Shown: positions 13,484-25,477 of the stretch, in pieces | Layout of the letters: every line of letters begins with the position of its first letter | How positions within the stretch are numbered: the first letter of the stretch is position 1 | The notes under the pieces: model-generated | Seen by the model: the letters and a program-made list of their open reading frames with translations, nothing else | What the model was told of the DNA's origin: nothing | Database searches by the model: none | Translations under genes and position numbers: made by a program | NCBI GenBank assembly: GCA_964016885.1 | Contig: OZ024745.1 | Coordinates: 104,842,001-104,906,000, forward strand | Length of the DNA stretch: 64,000 nt | Reading direction: 5' to 3' | Source: Eledone cirrhosa | Lineage: Eukaryota

Positions 13484-13529
13484 CAATATCGGAGAAAGCT
13501 TTTTAGCGATACTCCGGCCAAATTCTCCG

Positions 13530-13581
<52 letters not shown>

Positions 13582-13768
13582 ATAATAAAGTATGAATTCC
13601 TACATGTAAAAAATACATATAGGGAAACAAGTATTATCCAAACTTATGCCAATTGGTTCTATGGCGGATTAATAAATTAACAAGCCAGAACATATAAAAT
13701 CAAGGTCTAGCAAATAGAGAAAAAGTTTTAAAGTAAATTTTTAAAAATTCGCAGTACTTACTATATCT

Positions 13769-13850
13769 GCCTTTACCGCGGTTTCATGCTCCAGAATAAA
13801 TGGAAAATCCAAGCGGATTTCCATTGAGAAGGGAGCAATCTTCAGAAGGC
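13769..13850 (-). ncRNA. Type I hammerhead ribozyme motif (left arm)
   Basis: Minus strand: gcctt CTGAAGA ttgctcc...ggagcat GAAA ccgcgg TA aaggc. Confidence 0.85.
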
Positions 13851-14060
13851 TCTTCTACCTCGGAGAATATAAAATTCCCGAGTTCAAATCACAAACTGAC
13901 GGCATACAAAACCATTCCGAAATGAGAGCGAATGATGAAAGAAATAATTCTGTCTGGTGCCGTGCACAAAGACAAAAGGCTGCTCTCATTTCGGAATGGT
14001 TTTGTATGGCCTCAGTTTGTGATTTGAACTCGAGAATTTTATATTCTCCGAGGGAGAAGA

Positions 14061-14142
14061 GCCTTCTGAAGATTGCTCTCTTCTCAATGGAAATCCGCTT
14101 GGATTTTCTGTTTATTCTGGAGCATGAAACCGCGGTAAAGGC
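14061..14142 (+). ncRNA. Type I hammerhead ribozyme motif (right arm)
   Basis: gcctt CTGAAGA ttgctc...gagcat GAAA ccgcgg TA aaggc; predicted cleavage after 14137. Confidence 0.85.
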
Positions 14143-14360
14143 ACATATAGTAAGTACTGCGAATTTTTTAAAATTTATTTTAAAACTTTTTCTCTATTTG
14201 CTAGACCTTGATTTTATATATATTTATATATATATATATTTATTTATATATTTATATATATATATATATATATTTATTTATATATTTATATATATATATA
14301 TATATATTTATTTATATATTTATATATATATATTACACCTCTCAACCTTTATATATATAT

Positions 14361-14745
14361 ATTACACCTCTCAAAGACAATGACACACGACCGTGACTTC
14401 TGGCGTCACGCAGTAATACAGAGTACCCGACCTCCCATGGGTACAAGCTGAAGCATATAGACAATATGCCCCCACACCCCCCACCACAAGGTGGTCGTGG
14501 AGGTGCCACGTCAAAAAAAGCACCCAGCCCACACTGTAAAGTGGACGTGTAGGCGCAACGAAAAAGCACACAGCACTCACTGTAAATGAGGTTGGTGTTA
14601 GGAAGGGCATCCAGCTGTAGAAATCAAGCCAAATCAGTTCCTGTATGAGCAAGGCATGGTCAGCCGACCAGACACTGCCCACAACAGGACAACCGGTCTA
14701 ACCCATGCTAGCGTGGAAGAACGGACGTAAAACGGTGATGATGAT
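14361..14745 (+). mobile_element. RTE subfamily B 3' fragment
   Basis: ttacacctctcaaagacaatgacacacgacc...aaacggtgatgatga; matches 50465-50858. Confidence 0.9.
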
Positions 14746-15192
14746 ATATTTATATATTTATATATATATTTATTTATATATTTCTATATATATATATTTA
14801 TATATTTATATATATTTATTTATATATTTATATATACATACATATATATTTATTTATACTTGGGGAGGGTCATATTTGTGTAATATTGCCAGAATTAATA
14901 ACAGAACACACTCACTGTTTGGTTGGTTTTCGCTTCTGTGTCTTTTATATCGGTTAATTTAATTTATTCGGTCCTCAATGTTGCCATTGACTGACCAACG
15001 GTCAAAAATACAGATACAATATGGACACAAACACATATATATAGTCTATCAAAGTTCTTTCGTTGCACATTGTCTTTTATAGAACTATATTTATTTATAT
15101 ATACATATATATATATATTTATTTATATATTTATATATACATACATATATATTTATTTATATATTTATATATACATACATATATATACATAT

Positions 15193-15357
15193 GGTGTTAG
15201 GAAGAGCATTCAGCTGTAGAAACCAATCCAAAATACAGATCTGTATCAGCAAGACATGGTCTCTGGACCTGACTTGTCTCATAACGTAACAACTCGTCTA
15301 ACCGATGCAAGTGAGGAAAATGGATGTTAAATGGTGATGATGATGATGATGATGATA
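15193..15357 (+). mobile_element. Diverged RTE-type 3' terminus
   Basis: ggtgttaggaagagcattcagctgtagaaa...ggatgttaaatg(gat)n. Confidence 0.75.
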
Positions 15358-15909
15358 ATTGTGATATATACAGATCCTTCACAATATGGCTTCTATTCAG
15401 GTTGAAGAACATAGAATCTAGACTACTCTATAGAAAAACAATTGTATCTAAATGAAACCATGAGTTATATACTGGGTGTCCCAAAACATGTACATACACT
15501 TTGATTACTGTACAGGCAATATTTATTAGAATGCTGTTGACGTGTGTATACATTTTTGTGGATAACCTGTATATATAGGAGCTTATGACGAGAATGGTAA
15601 TAGCTTTTGTATAAGTGACTTTAATATTTTTCTTTATCATATATTTATTTATTAACCAATTTTTGTTTATATAAATATTCAAGTATTTAACTTACATTAT
15701 AAAAATATAGCTCAGTTAGAAATTTATGTATTTTTTTGTAAAATTTCCCTATCTCTCAATTCATTGTCAGAGTATTACAGTATTATGTGTTATAGATAAC
15801 ATATATTTATTGTAAATATACATATGGGAAATTTCCATTTTAAAATACTATTTTAAGTTAATGACTATTTTTATTTTCAAAATGAGTATACATTTCATTA
15901 TTTTGTAGA

Positions 15910-16120
15910 AGCAGTATTGGTAGAGCATTAGACAACATGCTTTGTGGCATATTGTTCTGGCCCTTTATGTTCTGAGTTCAAATCCCATGTAGGTTAGCTT
16001 TGTGTCGCATCTTTACAGGGTCAATAAAATAAAGTACCAGTAATGCACTAAGGTTGATTTAATCAACTTTTTCCCTTCCCTTCAAATTGCTGGCCTTATG
16101 CCAAAATCAGAAACAATTAT
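15910..16120 (+). mobile_element. Older tRNA-derived SINE
   Basis: ctgagttcaaatccc B-box, ggtcaataaaataaagtaccag body, ggccttatgccaaaatcagaaacaatta tail. Confidence 0.75.
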
Positions 16121-16579
16121 TTTATAGAAGCACCATGAAATTATAATGATTTTATCTATGTAACATTACCAGGCATTACTCTCAAAACTATCTATTATAT
16201 GACTGGTAACTCTCTAGTATTTCATCAAATATAAATTGTGTTGATGGCACAGTAAAATTCGCCCAGTACATGCTGATAAAGACATTAGCATTAGGAAAGG
16301 TTTCCAGCTGTAGAAATCATCATATTACTCATTAGTATTTTATCAAATATATATTGTGTTGACGTCACAATAAAATTCACCCAATACACTGATAAAGAGG
16401 TTAGCATTAGGAAGGGCATCCAGCTATGGATGTATTGTATGTATGGTCTGGTAACTCCTGATAGAGTCGTAGGGGCGCCGTATTGACAGACAGCATTTCT
16501 TGAGCATTTTAAGCCTAGCGGAGACCATCCCCCTCCAGGCCTAAGTACACCAGATTTCTTCCAGAGAGAGGAACAATTT

Positions 16580-16735
16580 ATCCCAGTACTAGACTGGTAC
16601 TTTTTTTATCCACCACAAAAAGGATGAAAGGCAAAGTTGACTTCGGCGGGATTTGAACTCAGAGAGCAGAGAACCGGAATGGATACCATAAAGCATTCTA
16701 TCCAATGTTCTCATGAATCTGCCAATTTGCCACCT
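16580..16735 (-). mobile_element. Diverged tRNA-derived SINE head/body
   Basis: ctggtactttttttatc...ggatgaaaggcaaagttgacttcggcgggatttgaactcag. Confidence 0.7.
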
Positions 16736-17162
16736 TTCCAGTTATAGAAACCATGATGTCTCTCAAGTATTTCATCAAATATATATTGTGTTGATCTCAC
16801 AGTTAAATTCACCCAGTAAAATCTGATAAAGTGGTTAGCATTAAGAAGGGTATCCAGCTGAAGAAAACATGCCAAAAAAAAAATAGGGAAAACTCTTCAG
16901 TCATGTCAAGGATGAGACAGACTATTTAGTCCTGGTTCCCTGATAAAATACATGTAGTACACTTTACAAAGTATTTGGCTTTAGGCAGGGCATTCAGCCT
17001 TAGAACCCATGTCAAAATGGAAAACTTTTTTCAGAAAGACATTTTCACCTGACTTGTCTAGAAGGACAATAGCCCCAATTATGCCATGACATGGTCAGTA
17101 ATGACCTATCCAACCTTTATCAGTATAGTAAAATGGACATAAACACGAAGATGATGATGTTA

Positions 17163-17362
17163 GGGGGATTGACAAAATTGGTAGAGCATCGGACAACATG
17201 CTTAGCAGCAGAGAGTTATGGTTCTTTATGTTCCAAATTCAAATCCTGCTGAGGTTAGTTTTGCCTTTCATACTCACTTCGTATTATGCACTGAGATCGA
17301 TTTAATTGACTTCTCTTTCCCAAAATATTGTTGGCCTTGTGCTTAAATCAGAAACCATTATT
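17163..17362 (+). mobile_element. Older tRNA-derived SINE
   Basis: ttcaaatcctgctgaggttagttttgcctttcat...ggccttgtgcttaaatcagaaaccatta. Confidence 0.7.
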
Positions 17363-17957
17363 TGAAGCAGCACAACCTTTTACTGAATTTCTCCTCAAAA
17401 TAGATAAAAGCTACTTTATAAGATCATATATTTCTACATTGGACTACATGAGTCAAAGAAGGAGCCTTTTTGTAGTTGCTCAGTAGAACAGAAATAGCAG
17501 TCAAGTAATCCTTAAATCCAATCCATCCATGTTAGAAAAGGTCACATTAGTCATAGGTGCACTATGCCTGGGAAAAAGACAGGATGGTCAAAGCTGGAAT
17601 TATGTTGGTTCAATCAAGGCTAATTTCTGGGTAAATAACATCAACAACATTAGATTACACACATAAGTGTATACAGCTACAACAGTATGAATAATTGTGA
17701 AAATGGTGAGAGTGGTCAACTACGTCAATGTTTATAAGTTTGTATTGTGAAGCAGGTGTTATGCAGCTTATTCTGTCAGGAAGCTTAACTTTAATTGTCT
17801 CATAATTTGAGTTTTTTTTTTTTGTTAATTTAGGTTACAATTCTACAGACAGAGTATTGACTTTACATTTAAAGTGCATATTTAAAATATTTATATCTAC
17901 ACTATATGGATACAGCATGGACAAATGGTTAAGGATTTCACTTTGCAATCATGAGGT

Positions 17958-18495
17958 AGAGAAGTATCTTGGAGTCGGGTTTATGAGTGATGGAAGGGAG
18001 GAGGCTGAATTAAGTGCAATAATTGCAACAGCTGGTGCAGTAATGCGCTAGCTTCAGTAGTCAAAAGAAGGGAGGTAGGCATAAGAGCCAAATTCACTGT
18101 CTTCAATTCAGTTTTCAATTCTTACCTATGGTCATGAATCTTGGGTAATGGCCGAAAGAATACAATCGCAAATACAAGCAGCTGAAATGGGATTCCTCTG
18201 AAGGGTTTTTGGAGTAACGATACTCAATAAAGTGCATAACTTGGAGATCAGAGAATCACTCCAGATAAAGCTGCTACTTCTCCGAATTGAGAGATTACAG
18301 TTCTGATACTGTGGGTATGTGGTTAGAATGTCTCAGGAAAGAATCGCTGGACAGATTTTACAGGTAAAACCAACTGGCAAGAGATCCAGCCAGATTAGTT
18401 GGAAATGGTTGCTTCTGACAGGACCCACTGGAAGGAGTGTTTGAGGACTCTGCCCCCACGACCCTCTCAGGAATAAGTGGGTGAAGAAGAAGAAG
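17958..18495 (+). mobile_element. Expander/Rex3-like RTE 3' fragment with 65-bp flanking direct repeat
   Basis: Translates with stops and frameshifts to KYLGVGFMSDGREEAE...LTYGHESWVM...QAAEMGFL...IRESLQI..LLLRIER; (GAA)n tail; 17893-17957 is duplicated at 18496-18560. Confidence 0.8.
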
Positions 18496-19290
18496 ATATC
18501 TACACTAAATGGATACAGCATGGCCAAATGGTTAAACATTTCACTTTGCAATGATGAGGTCCTAGGTTTGATCTCACATCTTGAGCAAGTGTCTTTTACC
18601 ATAGCTACAGGTTGACTCAACCCTTGTTAGTGAAATTGGGTAGACAGAAAGTGTGTGGAAGCTCATTGGATGGATTATACCTGTAATTCAAAAGTCCAAC
18701 CATGTCGAACACTGTGTTATGCTGATGCTACTTGATCATTACATTAAACTCATTTGTGTTTGTGAAATACTCAGCCAATTGCACATAAATTAGTAAGTTA
18801 GATGTCAGCTTGATTAAGTGCTGGATGCTCATCATCAAAACCAATAAAGGATCCATCAGTTGGTTTCAGACTGGATATAAATTAGGAAGCTTTATTTCTA
18901 AACTAAGAGCAGTATCTTATGTGATAGGCTAGTGTCATATCAGCACATATATTTCTGTAGTATTCCAATAATAAATATTTTCAAATATGAAGTACATGTA
19001 CCAGTGGCCTAATGTGTATTAGTACTGCATAATTCCTGGTTTAGAAATAAAATTTCCTGCCTGTAACTATGTATATAACCAGAAATGAAATACTTGTTTA
19101 CAATTAGAGACAAGCCAATTGGAATGTCGTATAGATATCAATTTGTAAAATATACACTTTAATGATGTAGTTAATGTAATGGAAAATTAGAAATTTATCC
19201 AATGGAAATTTGTGACTATTTAAGAAATAATTAATTGTAGAATCCAATGTAAAAATGTACAAGTATATGTGTCTAAATTTGATTATTATT

Positions 19291-20714
19291 GATAACCACT
19301 TGATCACCTATAGATCAGGGGAACACGCCAGCCAGATAGATTATATCCTTACAAGAAGACGGGACAAAGTGTCTGTTGTAAACACTAAATCCCTCCCCCG
19401 TGAAGAATGCACCTCCCAACATAGCCTAGTAGTTAGAATCAAAAGGCCTTAAAGTTAACTTGTCTAAGACTAAAGTCCTAGTTTGTAGAAAGGAAAATAA
19501 GGCACAGGTACCGTCAGGGAAATGGCCTTGCTCAGTGTGTAGGAAAGGAGTAGGCAGAAATTCAATTTTATGTCCCAAATGCAAAGAATGGGTACATAAA
19601 AGATGTAGTGGGATCACAGGTAAACTATCTAAGAACGTAGACTTTATATGTGGCCGATGCTCAGGTGCGATAAGTAGCAAGTGCCCACAGGATACTAGCC
19701 CCTTCTATTGCCCAGATGGTTCTATAGAAATAGTGGACACTTTCCGTTACCTGGGTGACAAAATCAGCAGTGGTGGAGGGTGTTCGGAAAGTACAGTAGC
19801 CAGAGTCAGAACGGGATGGAAAAAGTTCAGAGAGCTTATACCGCTGTTGGCCACAAAAGGTTTCTCTCTAAAAATGAAAGGCAGATTGTATAATGCTTGT
19901 ATACGAACAGCAATGCTACATGGCAGTGAGACATGGGCATTGCGTGCAGAGGACCTGCATAGACTGGAAAGGAACAAAGCTTGCATGCTCCGTTGGATGT
20001 GTAATAGTAACATACATGAACGGCAGAGCATAAATGAACTAAGTGAGAAATTAGGAATAAGAGGGATCAGATGCTGTTTACTTGAGAGAAGACTAGGTTG
20101 ATATGGCCATGTAATGCGCATGAAAGATGACAGCTGTATAAAAAAGTGCAGGGCGATCAAAATTGATGGTAGTTACGGAGTAGGTAGACCCAGAAAAACC
20201 TGGGACGATCTGATAAATTCTGATCTTACAAACTTACACCTCTCTAAGACAATGTCACTGGACCGAGATCTTTGGCACTACGCAGTAATACAGAAGACCC
20301 GCTTTGCCTATGTACAAAGCGAAACCTACAGTCAATAGGCACTTCTTAACCAAATATACACCCCAATCCACTACCCCTACCCTATCCTCCCACTCCCACC
20401 AACATCACCCCTCTCTATAAAGTTGGTACCACAACATCCAGTCCAAATAAATCAGATCGAGATCGTGTAGGTGTCACGAGAAAAAAACACACAGACCACG
20501 CTGTAATGTGGTTGTGTAGGTAGCACGGTAAAAAGATCCCAGTTCCACACTGTAAATGTGGTTGGTGTTAGGAAGGGCATCCAGCTGTAGAAAACCTGCC
20601 AGATAGTCCTATATGAGCGAAACACGGTCACCCGACCAACCTTGCCTCAAGTGGGACAACTCCCGTCTAACCCATGCTAGCATGGAAAGTGGACGTTAAA
20701 CGAGGATGATGATG
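19291..20714 (+). mobile_element. Internally deleted RTE subfamily A copy (end of EN joined to late RT)
   Basis: DNHLITYRSGEHASQIDYIL...SQHSLVV joined at ~19433 to ESKGLKVNLSKTKV...; 3' UTR and tail present. Confidence 0.9.
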
Positions 20715-21051
20715 AACCTGTGTCTATTTTATCAGTATATTGTTTCTGCGAATTAAACTATTGCACAGCTGTTAACATTTTACAAAATATGTATTTCCAA
20801 TTTTAATGTAGAGGTGATGAATTAACAGAAGTATTAGAACATTTGACAAAATACCTTGTATTAGAACATTTGACAAAATACCTTGCAGTATTTATTCCGA
20901 ATAAGGTCAACTTTTCTTTTTGTCCATCCAACAGTGTTTAATAATTTATATAGAGCATTGGATGGATACTTTGCACTATTTGTTCTGGCTCTTTGCATTC
21001 TGAGTTCAAATCCTTCTATGACCTAAATGGGTGTTAAATTTAACCCATATA

Positions 21052-21378
21052 AAATGCAAAGACTCCCTTTGGTCACGAATAACCATTGGGATTTGCACCT
21101 AGAAAGTTCCCCTCCGAGGCACATGTCCAGGCAAGGTGTCTTTGTTGAAGACCATCAGTCGTCCATGCATACTAATCTCCCCTCTGCACGCCACCGATGT
21201 TGTCCAAGGGAAAAGCAATGGCCGATACAGTTTGACCCAGTTATGCCACAACTCATTTTTACAGCTGAGTAATCTGGAGCAACATGAAATAAAGTGTCTT
21301 GCTGAAGGATACAACACATCACCTGATCGGGGAATCAAACCTTCTGATTGCAAACCCCAAATTCTAACCACTAAGCCT
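21052..21378 (-). mobile_element. tRNA-derived CORE-type SINE
   Basis: Minus strand head ggcttagtggttagaatt...ggtttgattccccg, then ccttcagcaagacactttatttca (CORE-like) shared with 35436-35722. Confidence 0.75.
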
Positions 21379-22440
21379 TCACTGATTTAACCTATAGTAC
21401 TATTTAACACCACCCCTGGCCCTTGGGTACCTTTATTGATTCCACTCTGTTGTAAATATTTGGACTAGGTACCCATCTTGAGGATACCTTTGTCTCTCTC
21501 TGCTGTTATTTTTGAAGATCCTAAAAAGAGTCATGGGCACAGCTTTTCCTCCTGATTAAGCAAAAATAGAAAATAAAAATCTGTGCCATTCATATTTTAA
21601 ATAATAATCTGTTTGGTGAGAATTTCATTTTATCAAAGTGCATCAAGAAATATTAATGCACATATATCATATAATCCTTCTCAATATCTGGCGTTTTCAA
21701 GTACAAAGAATTTTGTTCATGCCAAAAACACGGTTAGAGAATATGGGGAAATTGATCAATGTCGTTTTATGAGAAAGAAATCAAAGACAGTAGTTGGAAT
21801 AACAAATTATCTGATGTTCTCAATCAATTAACTGCTCTGTCTCATATTCTAATCAATAATAAAAATGATGAATATCCATGTCTTAAGGAAATGCATAAGG
21901 AAGAGAACAAAAAGCTGGGCTAAAAGAAAAATCCACAGATTCACGAGAATATTTAGAATCTTGTTAGATGATCAGAGACCAACTGTCTGGAACGATTTTT
22001 GGGAAAAACAATAACTGAAACAACTTGCAAATTTTTATAGAGATGAGTCAATGGGGAAGCTTCTATACGATGACTTGACTTGATAGAAATAACAGCCAAA
22101 TCTTTCTCATATCATAATAGATATTAAAAAGGATAAACAAATCTTTAAAAAAAAAATAGAAATAAATAATACAAAACAACATGATTGTCTGGTTGATTGA
22201 AAAGGTGAATACACACCATCAAAACCAATGGAGGATCTATTAAATGACCTATGGCTAGATACAAACTGGGAAGTTTTATTTGATTGTAATTCCTGCTCTA
22301 TAGGACATAGCTTGAGCTAACTCACATCATCAATATTCTATATATATATGTATGTAAAAGGTAAACAGAAATAACAACACAATCGGTACAGTATATGGAA
22401 GGGATATATTAGGTTAACACTTGATATAGCAGGAAGAGGG

Positions 22441-22475
22441 TTTTAATGTTTCGGACGCTAGTCCTTTATCAGAAG
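22441..22475 (-). ncRNA. Degenerate minimal hammerhead motif
   Basis: Minus strand: ctt CTGATAA a ggac tagc gtcc GAAA cat TA aaa. G8A and stem III cat (probably from cgt) fit decay; lies in a TA-flanked island at ~22355-22635. Confidence 0.55.
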
Positions 22476-22635
22476 AAAGAATGAGAAATAAGATAGATTG
22501 AGGAGACGCGCGGAATTAGAAAAAATGTCTTTAGATAAAAATAACAGGTCCATTCATGTTGACATCTCTTGCAAAACTGTTGGTGCTGGAGTTTTGTGTA
22601 TGATTTATTATTTAGAAAAGTGGATGATGGAGCGC

Positions 22636-22666
<31 letters not shown>

Positions 22667-22874
22667 AATTTCATTCAATACACATGATTACTATAGAGAG
22701 AGAATAACTACCCAATGCAAATGCAATTACCAATATAAACACAATTCAAAGACAACATATGTAAATAATAAATCTAAAAGTAATATAAACCTAAAAGTAA
22801 TATAAAACTAAAACTATATAAAGTCTAAATATAAAACACAACTAAAAAGTAATGAAAAATTATATATATATATA

Positions 22875-23228
22875 TCATCATCATCATCATCATCAACGTT
22901 TAACGTCCCGTGTTCCACGCTTGCATGGGTTTGGACGGGGGTAGTCCCACTTGAGGCAAGAGTGATTGTCTTGCTCGCATAGGACTGTCTGGCAGGTTTT
23001 CTACAGTTGGATGCCCTTCCTAACACCAACCACATTTACAGTGTGGGTCTGGGAGGTTTTTACCGTGTTGCCTACACGGCCACATTACAGCGTGGACTGT
23101 GTGTTTTTTTGTCCTGACACCTACACGATCTCATTTGTTTCGGCCTGGATGGCGCGGCACCAACATAACTTTACATAGAAGGGGGTGGTGTGGATGGGGT
23201 GGGGGTGGTGGTGGTGGGACGGGGTGTA
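22875..23228 (-). mobile_element. RTE subfamily A 3' UTR fragment
   Basis: Near-identical to 6417-6760; (TA)n on both sides. Confidence 0.9.
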
Positions 23229-23271
23229 TATATATATATATAAGTGGTTACACAACAGTTAGTTCACCATA

Positions 23272-23311
23272 CCGAGAACAATTGTTTCACCTTAGCGGAT
23301 CCTCAGCTCGG
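23272..23311 (-). ncRNA. Minimal type I hammerhead ribozyme in a ~72-bp island between two (TA)n tracts
   Basis: Minus strand: ccgag CTGAGGA tcc gctaa ggt GAAA caattg TT ctcgg. Perfect 5-bp stem I; palindromic stem III. Confidence 0.85.
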
Positions 23312-23489
23312 AAATATATATATATATATATATATATAAGGAATTGGTAGTTTACTTGAAGCATTGTGTAGTGAGGTATAAACGTTTGAAGTTAGAAGGC
23401 CAGAGCAATGCAGGTTTGGATATAGAATATAAATATAAATGTAACAGATAGCGCTGACAATTAGTCTTTTACCTTAATTTATTCATATA

Positions 23490-23526
23490 TCCTGATATTT
23501 CGAGATAATATCTCTTCATCTGAGGA
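23490..23526 (-). ncRNA. Minimal hammerhead-like motif, CAGATGA core variant (left arm)
   Basis: Minus strand: tcct CAGATGA a gagat att atctc GAAA ta TC agga. Confidence 0.6.
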
Positions 23527-23609
23527 GAGTAAAGGGGTTAATCCAGTGTTCTAAGTGGGTTGCTAAGTCTTAGCAACCCACTTAGAACATTGGATTAACC
23601 CCTTTACTT

Positions 23610-23646
23610 TCCCCAGACAAAGAGATATTATCTCGAAATATCAGGA
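23610..23646 (+). ncRNA. Decayed hammerhead-like motif (right arm)
   Basis: tccc CAGACAA a gagat att atctc GAAA ta TC agga. Confidence 0.45.
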
Positions 23647-23747
23647 TATATGAATAAATTAAGGTAAAAGAACTATTGTCAGCGCTATCTGTTACATTTA
23701 TATTTATATTCTATATCCAAACCTGCATTGCTCTGGCCTTCTAACTT

Positions 23748-24700
23748 CAAACAGCCACAGGAAACAAGTACCACCAAACTCTGGTAGGGCTCTGTAGAAA
23801 CAGTAGACAGCTTCTGCTACCTTGGTGACCGAATTAGCAGCGGAGGTGGGTGTTCGGAAAGTACAATAACCAGGGTAAGAACGGGATGGAAGAAGTTCAG
23901 GGAGATACTGCCACTGCTAGCTGCAAAAGGCCTTTACCTCAAAATGAAAGGCAGACTGTATGATGCGTGTATACGAACAGCAATGTTACATGGTAGTGAG
24001 ACCTGGGTGCTCTCTGTGGAAGACTTGCGTAGATTAGAAAGAAACGAAGCCTGCATGCTCCGATGGATGTGTAATAGTAATATACGCGAATGGCAAAGCA
24101 TAAACAAATTGAGAGAGAGACTGAGCATAAGAGGAATCAACTGCTGTGTACAGGAGAGGCGGTTGCATTGGTATGGACATGCGATGCGTATGAAGGATGA
24201 CAGCTGAATAAACAGGTGCAGAGCACTAGAAGTCGATGGAAACCGCGTAGTGGAGAGACTCAAGAAGACCTGGGATGAGGTGATAAAAGCTGACCTTACC
24301 CAGTTACACCTCTCAAAGGCGATGACACATCACCGTGAACTCTGGCGCCACGCAGTAATACAGAAGACCCAACCCCCCACGGGTACAAGCCGAAGCTGAA
24401 GCATATAGACAATATGCCCCACACCCTCCCACTGCAAAGTTGTCATGGAGGTGCCACGGCAAAAAAGCACCCAGCCCACACTGTAAAGTGGACGTGTAGG
24501 CGGCACGGAAAAAAGCACCCAGCACTCACTGTAAATGAGGTTGGTGTTAGGAAGGGCATCCAGCTGTAGAAATCAAGCCAAAATCAGTCCCTGTATGAGC
24601 AAGGCATGGTCAGCCGACCAGACACTGCCCACAACAGGACAACCCGTCTAACCCATGCTAACGTGGAAGAACGGACGTAAAAAGGGTCATGATGATGATG
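23748..24700 (+). mobile_element. 5'-truncated RTE subfamily B copy
   Basis: ORF 23944-24207 (MKGRLYDACIRTAMLHGSETW...), B-type 3' UTR and tail; shares caaac with the end of the palindrome. Confidence 0.92.
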
Positions 24701-24946
24701 GTATGTGCTGCTCATACTTAAGTATCAAGTAATAGCATTACTTGAAATCAAGTTGCAGCCATCATCATATATATGTAGGCATGTATTTATGTGTGTGTGC
24801 GTGTATATATATATATATATGTATATGTGTGCGAGAGAGGAAACTGCGATGGTATGAACATGTGATGCAAATTAGGCTGCTCAGCCGTTAATTTTCATAA
24901 GGAAAGTATATACTTTTGAACGTTCAACTATCTGGCAGATGGGTAT

Positions 24947-24989
24947 ACGGTGCTGATGATAGCTAACAAGCTTGAAACTAGTACATCGT
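24947..24989 (+). ncRNA. Minimal type I hammerhead ribozyme (unit 1)
   Basis: acggtg CTGATGA tagc taacaa gctt GAAA ctag TA catcgt; predicted cleavage after 24983. Confidence 0.9.
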
Positions 24990-25147
24990 TCCTGTGTCAG
25001 TGTTGAACAAAAAGGTGACGTGGTTGCCTTAACACCGTATGGCATAAATTCAGGCTGTTCAGTTTGTTTACAAACGAACAAAGCGGCGTTATAATAAGCG
25101 TCCGCTAAACTGATGCGTGCATATATGTATGTGTACCTGTATGTATA

Positions 25148-25199
<52 letters not shown>

Positions 25200-25434
25200 T
25201 GCTACTGTACGTCTGTATACATATATGTATGTACGTATACATACATACTTACATTTAAGTAAGTACCATACTAAGAGTGAGAAATGAAATTTCGTTTTCA
25301 TTTTTTTCAGCTTATCGTTTTCGGTATGCCTGACCGATTTAACTCACTCAATATGCAAATTAGGCTGCTCAGCCGTTAATTTTCATAAGGAAAGTATATA
25401 CTTTCGAACGTTCAACTATCTGGCAGATGGGTAT

Positions 25435-25477
25435 ACGGTGCTGATGATAGCTAACAAGCTTGAAACTAGTACATCGT
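25435..25477 (+). ncRNA. Minimal type I hammerhead ribozyme (unit 2)
   Basis: Identical to the unit 1 motif; predicted cleavage after 25471. Confidence 0.9.

Larger units (their letters stand above)
13692..14219. mobile_element. Fold-back element: ~238-bp inverted arms (13692-13929 / 13982-14219), 52-nt spacer, one HHR per arm
   Basis: Arms are reverse complements with scattered substitutions; the island is flanked by (TA)n. Confidence 0.85.
23384..23752. mobile_element. 369-bp near-perfect palindrome (1-nt centre at 23568) with an HHR-like motif in each arm
   Basis: 184-bp arms; centre gctaag-t-cttagc. Confidence 0.9.

Noticed and set aside
14900-14985. TTGAGGA...GAAA...TC with aaca/tgtt flanks on the minus strand
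   Set aside because: No stem II and only a very weak stem III.
15469-15520. Tc1/mariner-like terminus (tactgggtgtcccaaaa)
   Set aside because: No matching second TIR found.
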